Under the pieces are notes generated by a model. The model saw only the letters and a program-made list of their open reading frames with translations, did not search any database and was not told the origin of the DNA. The position numbers were made by a program, and so were the translations under genes. Shown one piece after another: positions 44,727 through 52,264 of a stretch of DNA of 64,000 bases. This DNA is from an uncultured Verrucomicrobiota bacterium (GTDB lineage: Bacteria; Verrucomicrobiota; Kiritimatiellia; CAIQIC01; Lenti-01): positions 11,432 through 75,431 of the forward strand of contig CAZECJ010000002.1 of the NCBI GenBank assembly GCA_964510645.1, written 5' to 3'. Every line of letters starts with the position of its first letter. Position 1 is the stretch's first letter.

Positions 44727-45168
44727 GATCCTGCCCTTTCTCGTCGCATATTCGAATTTCCATGGGGAAGCTTGCCGCCCGCGCCTTTCGGTTCATCTCG
44801 CCTTCATCTAGAAAATGAACCGGTTCATAACGGGTGTCAATGCCGAGCGGGGCATCGAACGATAAATTCACGTTTGGGTCTTGGCGGGTGGGCGAAGGCG
44901 GGTTGGTGCGGCGATCGGCGGCAATGCGGCCGCCGTTGCGGAGGGGCGATTCCCTTCGGCCTTGGGGGTGAACGAAATGCGGCGCGGCGAGATCACGGCT
45001 TTCCGGCGGCTGGGCGTGGCTCGGCTGGGGGCTCGGCTGGGCGTGGCTCGGCTTGACTCAAACCGCCGACAGGTGGCATTCTGCGTCGGTTTAGGTTAAC
45101 CGGGTTTCCGGCGCTTGCGGCAGCTCCGCGGCAACGGAATCCTTGGAATTCCAGGAAGTGACGGCAAC

Positions 45169-46854
45169 ATGAAAATCGGTTTGGGCTCGGATCACGGCGG
45201 CTTCGAAATGAAGCAGAAGATCAAGGATCTGCTGGCGAAGCGCGCGGGCGTGGAGGTCACGGATTTCGGCACGTACAGTCCGGAATCGGTGGATTATCCC
45301 GATTTCGCGGTCGAGGTGTCGCGCCGGGTGTCGGAAGGCGCGCTGGAACAGGGCATCCTGATTTGCACGACGGGCGTCGGCATGAGCATGACGGCGAACA
45401 AGTTCCCGCGGGTGCGCGCGGCTCAGGTGTTCACCGCGAAGATGTCCCGCATGGCGCGGGAGCACAACAACGCCAACGTCCTGGTTCTCGGCGCGGCCGT
45501 GACGCCGCTGGAGGAGATCCCGGCGATCCTCGACGCATGGTTCGCGGCGGAATTCGAGCCGGGGTCGCGCCACGACCGGCGGGTCCAGAAAATCAACGCG
45601 TGCACGCTGCGGGTGACGGAACCCGAGGCGATCCACGAGCGCGACACGGAGATCTACGCGGCGATCCAGGGCGAAGCGAAGCGCCAGCGGCAGAACATCG
45701 AGCTGATCGCGTCGGAGAACTACGTGAGCCGGGCGGTGCGCGAGGCGCAGGGTTCGGTGCTGACGAACAAGTACGCGGAAGGCTATCCCGGCAAGCGTTA
45801 CTACAATGGGTGCGAATTCGTGGACGAGGCGGAGCGCCTGGCCATCGAGCGGGCGAAGCAGCTGTTCGGGGCCGAGCACGCGAACGTGCAGCCGCACAGC
45901 GGCAGCGGCGCGAACATGGCGGTCTATTTCGCGATGCTGCAGCCGGGCGACACGATCCTGGCGATGAGCCTCGCCGCCGGCGGGCACCTGACGCACGGCC
46001 ACAAGCTGAATTTCTCGGGCCGGTTCTTCAACGTGGTGCCCTACGGGGTGGATCCGGGAACGGAGCGCATCGACTACGACGCCATCGAAAAGCTGGCGGC
46101 CGAGCACAAGCCGCGGATGATCTGCGCGGGAGCGAGCGCCTATTCGCGCATCATCGACTTCAAGCGCCTGCGGGCGATCGCCGATTCCGTCGGGGCGCTG
46201 CTGATGGTGGACATGGCGCACATCGCGGGGCTGGTGGCGGCGGGATTCCATCCGAGCCCGGTGCCCTACGCCGATTTCGCGACGACGACGACGCACAAGA
46301 CGCTGCGCGGGCCGCGCGGCGGCCTGATCCTGTGCAAGGAGGCCTTCGCGGCGGACGTCGACAAGCAGGTCTTCCCCGGCATCCAGGGCGGGCCGCTGAT
46401 GCACGTGATCGCGGCGAAGGCGGTGTGCTTCCTGGAAGCCCTGCAGCCGTCGTTCAAGGAATACGCGCGGCAGATCGTCGCCAATGCGCAGACGCTGGCC
46501 GCCGAACTGGAAAAGGCGGGCCTCCGCATCGTCTCGGGCGGGACGGACAACCACCTCATGCTGGCGGATTTGACGCCGCTGGGCGTGACGGGCAAGGACG
46601 CCGCCACGGCGCTCGACCAGGCGCTCATCACCGTGAACAAGAACGCGATTCCCTTCGACAAGCAGAAGCCGTTCGTGACTTCCGGCATCCGACTCGGCAC
46701 GCCGGCCGTCACCACGCGCGGAATGAAGGAGAAGGAAATGGCCCAGATCGCCGCGTGGATCGGCCAGATCGTGGCCAAGCCGGCCGACGAAAAGCTGCAA
46801 CTGCGCATCCAGGACGAGGTCATCGCCTTTACCGAGAAGTTCCCCGTTCCGTAA
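45169..46854 (+). CDS. glyA: Fusion protein: ribose-5-phosphate isomerase B (RpiB/LacAB) + serine hydroxymethyltransferase
   Basis: The N-terminal ~145 aa, '[22 protein letters not shown]...[24 protein letters not shown]...VLVLGA', match RpiB. The rest, '[46 protein letters not shown]...[14 protein letters not shown]', matches SHMT including the PLP-Lys motif. The frame is single with no internal stop. Confidence 0.9.
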   Translation: MKIGLGSDHGGFEMKQKIKDLLAKRAGVEVTDFGTYSPESVDYPDFAVEVSRRVSEGALEQGILICTTGVGMSMTANKFPRVRAAQVFTAKMSRMAREHNNANVLVLGAAVTPLEEIPAILDAWFAAEFEPGSRHDRRVQKINACTLRVTEPEAIHERDTEIYAAIQGEAKRQRQNIELIASENYVSRAVREAQGSVLTNKYAEGYPGKRYYNGCEFVDEAERLAIERAKQLFGAEHANVQPHSGSGANMAVYFAMLQPGDTILAMSLAAGGHLTHGHKLNFSGRFFNVVPYGVDPGTERIDYDAIEKLAAEHKPRMICAGASAYSRIIDFKRLRAIADSVGALLMVDMAHIAGLVAAGFHPSPVPYADFATTTTHKTLRGPRGGLILCKEAFAADVDKQVFPGIQGGPLMHVIAAKAVCFLEALQPSFKEYARQIVANAQTLAAELEKAGLRIVSGGTDNHLMLADLTPLGVTGKDAATALDQALITVNKNAIPFDKQKPFVTSGIRLGTPAVTTRGMKEKEMAQIAAWIGQIVAKPADEKLQLRIQDEVIAFTEKFPVP

Positions 46855-46883
46855 AGGCAGGGCGGTTTCCAGAAGGCCGAATC

Positions 46884-46918
46884 CGGGGCCGGGAGAAATC
46901 CCGGCCCCGATTTGTTTT
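46884..46918 (+). terminator. Rho-independent terminator of rpiB-glyA
   Basis: An 11-bp GC stem CGGGGCCGGGA / TCCCGGCCCCG with a GAAA loop is followed by ATTTGTTTT. It lies 30 nt after the stop, between convergent genes. Confidence 0.75.
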
Positions 46919-46920
46919 CC

Positions 46921-47589
46921 TCAAACCGGCGGCGTGCGGAGCGAAAAGGTGCGGCGGGCGTCGCAATAGAGAACGGCGTGGGCGGCGGCGCGGGCGCCGG
47001 AGGCATAGCGGGGATAGTCGCGAAGATTGCTCTGCAGGAAGAGGTCGATGGCCTTTTCGAGGGTACAGCCGCGTTCGCGCAGGTCGCGGGTCAGGCGGAC
47101 GTTGAGCTGGGTGCGCCAGTGGGCTTCGACGAGGATCAGGCGGTCGAGACAAGGGCGGACGGCTTCGTGCGCGGCGATTTCGCCGTCGGCAAGGAGAATG
47201 CGGGCGGCGGACACGCGAATTTCGCGGGCGGCCTGGCCGGCGACGGGGTCGAAGACGGGCTGGCGGATGGAGCGGCCTTTCCGGAAATCGGCGAGGGTCT
47301 TCCGGAGGCGGAGCAGATCGTTGGCTTCAGGGTGGGACCCGTAGCGTCCGTGGGCCGACCGCTGGGCGCGCGGCAGGCGGAAGTCGTCCAGGGACAGGAT
47401 GCGGGCGTCGGGCAGATGGTGGCGGAGCCAGCGGGAAAGCGTGCTTTTGCCGCAGCCGCCGGGCCCGCCGATGCCGATCACGAGGGGTGCCGGCGCGGCG
47501 GCAACTTCGCGCTCGAGCCACGCTTCGATTTCCCGGAAACAGTTCCGGCTGGCGGCGTTCAAATGGCTGGGACAAGTGGTCGGGATCAT
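46921..47589 (-). CDS. P-loop kinase of the uridine kinase/phosphoribulokinase family
   Basis: 'PLVIGIGGPGGCGKSTLSRWL...ILSLDDF...PVFDPV...ILLADGEIA' matches the PRK/Udk-type layout. Confidence 0.55.
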   Translation of the reverse strand: MIPTTCPSHLNAASRNCFREIEAWLEREVAAAPAPLVIGIGGPGGCGKSTLSRWLRHHLPDARILSLDDFRLPRAQRSAHGRYGSHPEANDLLRLRKTLADFRKGRSIRQPVFDPVAGQAAREIRVSAARILLADGEIAAHEAVRPCLDRLILVEAHWRTQLNVRLTRDLRERGCTLEKAIDLFLQSNLRDYPRYASGARAAAHAVLYCDARRTFSLRTPPV

Positions 47590-47661
47590 GGGGTTCGGAT
47601 TTTTCCGTTGCGGCGCGATTTCCCGGATCGGGCGACCCGGGCGGTCGGGCGCCGGGCCGGT

Positions 47662-48417
47662 TCAAGCCTGGCCGCGGCTGATCTTCTGGGCGAGGTCCAT
47701 CACTTCGGCGGGGGTCAGGACCGGGGGGTCGAAGCAGCGGTCGTTGATGAAGCGGATGGCGTCGCGGGTCAGGAAGACGCGGTCCTTGGAATTGGAGATC
47801 TGAAGATTCGCGAAGGTATGGGTGAAAACGGCGAGGGCGTAGATGTGATCCTCGGGGACCTTGGCGGCGAGGAGGGTGATGAACATGCGGCGCTGGCGCT
47901 CGCACTGCTGGACGGGGCTTTTGACGGACAGCGAGGTCCCGTTGGATTTGGTCTGCGTCCACTGGGCGTCGTTCGCGTCGCCGCTCAGTTTGCCGGCCCA
48001 AAACTTGGATTCGACAATGTAGATGCCGGAAGGAGCGATGACGAGATGGTCGATCTGGCAACGTTCGTGCGCGATTTGGAATGCGAGGTCGTTCAGGATG
48101 ACGTGGTCGTCGGCGAGTTGCTCGGCGAGGAGGTTGGCCATCTTCTGCTCGCCGCGCCGGCCGCCATCGATGCGATAGATTTCGCGGGCGATTTCGCGAA
48201 GATGGACCTCGTAGCCGGCTCCGAGGACGGCCACCACGGCGCCCACGACGATGCCGGTAAACGTCCCGCTTTGGATCGTCGCGACAATCCCCCAGATGGC
48301 CACGGCGAGAACGGATCCCCAGACGGCGAAGCGCGTGATTTGCCGCCGGCCCAGTTCGCGCTGGATGGCCTCCTGCTGGCGGAGAAGGCTGGTTTCGTTG
48401 CGCAGGATCTTGGCCAC
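47662..48417 (-). CDS. Membrane-anchored NERD-domain protein (paralog A)
   Basis: Two predicted TM segments ('FAVWGSVLAVAIWGIVATI', 'GIVVGAVVAVLGAG') are present. The NERD pattern is 'GRRGEQKMANLLAEQLADDHVILNDLAF...CQIDHLVIAPSGIYIVESKFWAGKLSG...WTQ'. The start is GTG, preceded by GGGGAG. Confidence 0.7.
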   Translation of the reverse strand: MAKILRNETSLLRQQEAIQRELGRRQITRFAVWGSVLAVAIWGIVATIQSGTFTGIVVGAVVAVLGAGYEVHLREIAREIYRIDGGRRGEQKMANLLAEQLADDHVILNDLAFQIAHERCQIDHLVIAPSGIYIVESKFWAGKLSGDANDAQWTQTKSNGTSLSVKSPVQQCERQRRMFITLLAAKVPEDHIYALAVFTHTFANLQISNSKDRVFLTRDAIRFINDRCFDPPVLTPAEVMDLAQKISRGQA

Positions 48418-48439
48418 GCGGATCTCCCCGGAAAGGGGA

Positions 48440-49216
48440 TCAGGCCTCGGCGACGTGCTGGTTCAGGCCGTTGGCGAGTTTATCGACTTCCGCGTTGGAC
48501 AGGACAGGCTTTTTGAAGCAGAAATCGTTGATGAAAGTGACGGTCTGCTCGGGGGTGAGCACGCGGCGCTCGGTATTGGTGACCTGGATTTCGGCGTTCG
48601 GATTGGCCAAGACGACGACGGAAAAGACATGTTCCCAGATCAGATTGGTGCCCTTGAGCCAGTTGCAGAGGATGCGCCGTTCGCGCAGGACCTTGCCGAT
48701 CGGATTGCGGACAGGGCGGATCTTGCCGTCGGGCGCGCGGATTTTCCAGGTATAGGCGTGTTTGCCGGTGTCGCCGACGATCTTGCCGTCCCAGTTGAGG
48801 GTGTTGAGCACGAACATGCCGGAAGGCGCGACGACGAGATGGTCGATCCAGCACTTTTCCCGGCCAACGACGAGGTGCAGGTCGTTGAGCACGTAATGGT
48901 CGTTGGCGAGCTTTTCATCCAGCAAGCGGGCGACCTCGCCCTTGGCTTCACGAATGCTGGCGGTGTCGACCTGATCCCGCATCTGTTCCCGGCGCCGAGC
49001 CTCGTGACCGAAGGCCAAGAAGGCCAAGGCGCCGCCGATGAACAGGACGAAGGCGGCGGACGAGTGGCCCAGGTTCTTCAGGAAGAAGCCGACGGCCAGG
49101 AAAAGAGCTGCGGCGCCCCATTCAATGAGGCGCATGCTCTTGAGAATGCGCAGGTCGCGCTCGATGGATTCCTGGCGTTCGCGGAGATTGCTTTCGCTGG
49201 TGAGTGTTTTAGCCAT
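48440..49216 (-). CDS. Membrane-anchored NERD-domain protein (paralog B)
   Basis: The architecture is the same as the downstream gene: 'MAKTLTSESNLRERQESIERDL', two TM segments, 'AKGEVARLLDEKLANDHYVLNDLHL...CWIDHLVVAPSGMFVLNTLNWDGKIVG'. A GGGAGA RBS is present. Confidence 0.7.
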   Translation of the reverse strand: MAKTLTSESNLRERQESIERDLRILKSMRLIEWGAAALFLAVGFFLKNLGHSSAAFVLFIGGALAFLAFGHEARRREQMRDQVDTASIREAKGEVARLLDEKLANDHYVLNDLHLVVGREKCWIDHLVVAPSGMFVLNTLNWDGKIVGDTGKHAYTWKIRAPDGKIRPVRNPIGKVLRERRILCNWLKGTNLIWEHVFSVVVLANPNAEIQVTNTERRVLTPEQTVTFINDFCFKKPVLSNAEVDKLANGLNQHVAEA

Positions 49217-49255
49217 GGGAATCTCCCAAATGGGGGTTGCGGATGATTCTGACGA

Positions 49256-51349
49256 TCAAAAGGCCGGAGCTACGGGGGTTGCCGGAGCGACAGCCGGGGC
49301 GGGGGCCACCGCGGGGGCCGGTGCAACCGCAGCCGGGGCGGCCGTTGCCACCGGGGGTGCCGAAACGACCGCAGGGGCTGCCGCGGGCGCCGGCGCGACG
49401 GCCGGTGCCGGGGCCGCCTCAGGGGCCGGTGCAACCGCAACCGGGGCGGCCGTCTCCACCGGGGGCGCCGAAACGACCGCAGGGGCTGCCGCGGGCGCCG
49501 GCGCGACGGCCGGGGCGGGGGCCACCGCCGGGGCCGGTGCAACCGCAGCCGGGGCGGCGGCGACGGGATCGGCGGTGACTTCGCCGATGGCGATGGTCCG
49601 GCTGCGCTCCGTGATGCGGACGTTGACGGCTTGGCCGACGGTGGTAGCGCCCTTCACGAAAATCACGAAGCCGTCGATCTTGGCGACGCCTTCGGTGGTC
49701 GGGTTCTTCTCGGAGGGCTCCACGATGGTCGTCGCGATCACGGCGCCGGGGACGACGTGGGGCGCGGAATCGCCGGGGCCGGGGACGTAGTTGCGCGGGG
49801 CGCGGGGCGCCGGCGCCGCATAGACAGGCAGGGGCTCGGTGCCGGCGGGCTTGCCCGTGGGCATGGCGGTCGCCACGCGTTCGCGGCGCTCGACGATGCG
49901 GACGTTGACGCGCTCGCCGATGGTGGTCGCGCCGTTCACGAAGACGACGAGGCCGCCGATCTTGGCGACGCCGTCGGTCAGGGGATTCTTCTCCGAGGCT
50001 TCGGCGATGACGACGTCCATTTCGGCGCCGGCCACGACGTGGGCGGTGGGATCGCCCGCGGGCGGCACGTAGGCGGCGCGCGGGGCGCGGGGCGCCGGCG
50101 CCGCATAGACGGGCAGGGGCTCGGTGCCGGCGGGCTTGCCGGTGAGTTCGGCGAAAGCCATGCGCTCGCGACGGTCGGTGATGCGGACATTGACGCGCTC
50201 GCCGACGGTGGTCGCGCCGTTCACGAAGACGACGAGGCCGGCGACCTTGGCGACGCCTTCGGTGGTCGGGTTCTTTTCCGAGGCTTCGGCGATGACGACG
50301 TCCATTTCGGCGCCGGGGATGACGTGGCCGGCGGAATCGCCGGGAGGCGGCACGAAGGCGGCGCGCGGGGCGCGGGCCGGCATCGCATAGGTGGGCAGGG
50401 GCTCGGTGCCGGCGGGTTTGCCCGTGGGCTCGGCGAAGGCGATGCGTTCGAGGCGCTCGACGATGCGGACGTTGACGCGCTCGCCGATGGTCGGCACGCC
50501 TTTCACGGAGACCACGAGGCCGCCGATCCGGGCGATGCCCTCGGCGTAGGGATTCTTCTCGGAGGGTTCGGAGACGACGACGTCCATCTCGGCGCCGACG
50601 ATGACCGGATCTCCGGCCGGGGGAACGTAGGCGGCGCGGGGCGCGCGGCCCGGCATCGCATAGGTGGGCAGCGGATCGGTGCCGGCGGGTTTGCCCGTGG
50701 GCTCGGCGAAGGCCATGCGCTCGCGGCGCTCGGTGATGCGGACGTTGACGCGCTCGCCGATGGTGGGTACGCCGTTCACGAAGACGATGAGACCGGCGAC
50801 TTTGGCCACGCCTTCGGTTTCGGGATTCTTGGAGGAGGCCTCGGTAATGATCACGTCCATCTCGGCGCCGGGGATGACGTGGCCGGCGGAATCGCCGGGC
50901 TGGGGCACGAAGGCGGCGCGGGGCGGCTTCGGGGGCAGGGCTACTTCGGAGAGCACGTCGATGAGGATGGCGTCGACCACGCGTTCGCGCACGCGGGTGA
51001 CGTCCACGATGGCGGTCATTCCCCGGCGGGCGGCGGGGATAAACGTGGTCATGCGGCCGATCTTGGCGATGCCGGAGGAGCGGTCGTCGCTTTCGTCGTC
51101 CACGTAGACCTTGTAGCGGTATCCCAGTTGCGGAAGGATGGGGTCGCCGCCGGTGGCGTCGATGATGCCGCCGGTGTTGATCGCGGTCGCGCCGGCCTGT
51201 CCTTCGCCCACGACGACGGTGACGACGGATTTCTCCTTGCTTTTCGTGGCGAAGATGGCGGCAACCACGAGGGCGATGCCCAAGATGGGCAGGAGGATCA
51301 GCGCGGCGGTTCGCAGGGGACTGCTGGAGGCAGGGGCGGGATCATTCAT
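49256..51349 (-). CDS. Membrane-anchored protein with six tandem TRAM-like domains and Ala/Pro-rich C-terminal tail
   Basis: An N-terminal TM segment 'AALILLPILGIALVVAAIFA' is followed by KSKEK. Five near-identical units carry 'PGAEMDVVI.E.SEKNP..EGVAK..GLVVFVNG..T.GERVNVRI..R.ER.AFAE' (the pattern of stand-alone TRAM proteins). One degenerate N-terminal unit precedes them. The tail is '(APAPAVAPAPA...)n'. AAGGAG lies 7 nt upstream of the ATG. Confidence 0.75.
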   Translation of the reverse strand: MNDPAPASSSPLRTAALILLPILGIALVVAAIFATKSKEKSVVTVVVGEGQAGATAINTGGIIDATGGDPILPQLGYRYKVYVDDESDDRSSGIAKIGRMTTFIPAARRGMTAIVDVTRVRERVVDAILIDVLSEVALPPKPPRAAFVPQPGDSAGHVIPGAEMDVIITEASSKNPETEGVAKVAGLIVFVNGVPTIGERVNVRITERRERMAFAEPTGKPAGTDPLPTYAMPGRAPRAAYVPPAGDPVIVGAEMDVVVSEPSEKNPYAEGIARIGGLVVSVKGVPTIGERVNVRIVERLERIAFAEPTGKPAGTEPLPTYAMPARAPRAAFVPPPGDSAGHVIPGAEMDVVIAEASEKNPTTEGVAKVAGLVVFVNGATTVGERVNVRITDRRERMAFAELTGKPAGTEPLPVYAAPAPRAPRAAYVPPAGDPTAHVVAGAEMDVVIAEASEKNPLTDGVAKIGGLVVFVNGATTIGERVNVRIVERRERVATAMPTGKPAGTEPLPVYAAPAPRAPRNYVPGPGDSAPHVVPGAVIATTIVEPSEKNPTTEGVAKIDGFVIFVKGATTVGQAVNVRITERSRTIAIGEVTADPVAAAPAAVAPAPAVAPAPAVAPAPAAAPAVVSAPPVETAAPVAVAPAPEAAPAPAVAPAPAAAPAVVSAPPVATAAPAAVAPAPAVAPAPAVAPATPVAPAF
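49314..49560. repeat. 108-bp tandem repeat (~2.3 copies) encoding the Ala/Pro-rich tail
   Basis: The unit starts with GGGGCCGGTGCAACCGCA at 49314, 49422 and 49530, read directly from the sequence. Confidence 0.85.
49600..50950. repeat. ~273-285-bp tandem repeat (about 5 copies) encoding the TRAM units
   Basis: The landmark CGCATAG(A/G) recurs at 49817, 50102, 50384 and 50657, giving periods of 285, 282 and 273 bp. The flanking GGCAGGGGCTCGGTGCCGGCGGG(C/T)TTGCC is conserved. Confidence 0.8.
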
Positions 51350-51486
51350 CGGACGACTCCTTATAGTTTATAAACCGTACACGATAGGGCTAACCGGGAC
51401 TTTTACAAGGATAAAGAACGCGCGCAACGGTCTGCGAGGGAACGTCGGCCGGCATCCGGAAAATCGAACTTCATCGCGCGTGGCTT

Positions 51487-52074
51487 TCAGGGCGTTCGGT
51501 ACAGGACTTCCATTTCGATGTTGGTGTACGCCGCCAGGAACTGCTTCATCACGTTCCAGCAACTGGGGCAGGGGTACAGTTCCGTGAACAGCAGCATGCG
51601 CCCCCCCGCCGCCGTGTCCGGCAGCCGCGCCGCCATGTCCTCGATGATTTTATATTCGGTGTCCACGTCGCGTTGCCAGCAGTCGAAGCCTTCCACCGCT
51701 TCGTCCTGGTTGACGCAGAGGGTCTTGAAGCGGCTGGCCGCGGGTTTGAGCGATATTTCCGCGATCGCGGCCTGGGCCTCGGTCGACAGGCCCTCGAAAT
51801 CCTGGATGCCGCTGTGGGCGAAAAACTCCCGCTTGTCCAGGCCGTCGATCTTCGCGATCGCCCAGGCAAAATTGTTGCGCTGCTGAAATTGCACGGGCAG
51901 CTTCTGGCGGACGAACTCGATTCGCTTCAGGACGGCGGCATCCTTGGCCGGATCGATCTGCCGCAATCCGGGATCGCGGGTGGGCGGCGGCGGCGGCGGG
52001 ACGGTATACCCTTGTGCAAAACCTGAAAGCGCGAAGGCCAAGAGGATCCAAAATGCAAAACCAAATTTGTTCAT
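51487..52074 (-). CDS. Secreted cytidine/nucleic-acid-deaminase-fold protein (atypical D-x-E ... P-C-x-x-C)
   Basis: The signal peptide is 'MNKFGFAFWILLAFALSGFAQG', followed by a poly-Pro linker. 'NFAWAIAKIDGLDKREFFAHSG' forms a beta-hairpin ending in SG, as in toxin-type deaminases. 'DTEYKIIEDM' sits where H-A-E normally is. 'LLFTELYPCPSCWNVMKQF' is a PCxxC zinc motif about 28 aa later. Confidence 0.45.
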   Translation of the reverse strand: MNKFGFAFWILLAFALSGFAQGYTVPPPPPPTRDPGLRQIDPAKDAAVLKRIEFVRQKLPVQFQQRNNFAWAIAKIDGLDKREFFAHSGIQDFEGLSTEAQAAIAEISLKPAASRFKTLCVNQDEAVEGFDCWQRDVDTEYKIIEDMAARLPDTAAGGRMLLFTELYPCPSCWNVMKQFLAAYTNIEMEVLYRTP

Positions 52075-52191
52075 TCGAACTTCTTCCATGGCGGGGGGGG
52101 AAGCCATTTGCGATCTTCTTCACTCTTCAACTAAAATTCTGATTCTACGCAGGTCGTTGGGCTTCTGCAAGGAATATGCGCGGGGAATCGC

Positions 52192-52218
52192 TTGTGCCCG
52201 GCCCGAATATGGTATAGT
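52192..52218 (+). promoter_or_regulatory. Candidate extended -10 promoter for the HydG-like gene
   Basis: TTGTGC is followed by 15 nt that end in TGG, then TATAGT (52213..52218). This lies 47 nt upstream of ATG 52265, which is preceded by AGGTGAGG. Confidence 0.35.
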
Positions 52219-52264
52219 AGGAAACGTCGCGCGGGAAAATCGGTTTACCCGCCGGCAGGTGAGG

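Noticed and set aside
42543-44870. A tRNA-Arg-associated genomic island or prophage remnant.
   Set aside because: No integrase, transposase or phage genes are present. No repeat of the tRNA 3' end was seen. Only one AT-richer gene is present.
44870-45168. A riboswitch (ZTP/THF/glycine-type) in the leader of rpiB-glyA.
   Set aside because: I could not find the conserved core sequences by eye. A covariance-model scan (Rfam/Infernal) would be needed, so no claim is made.
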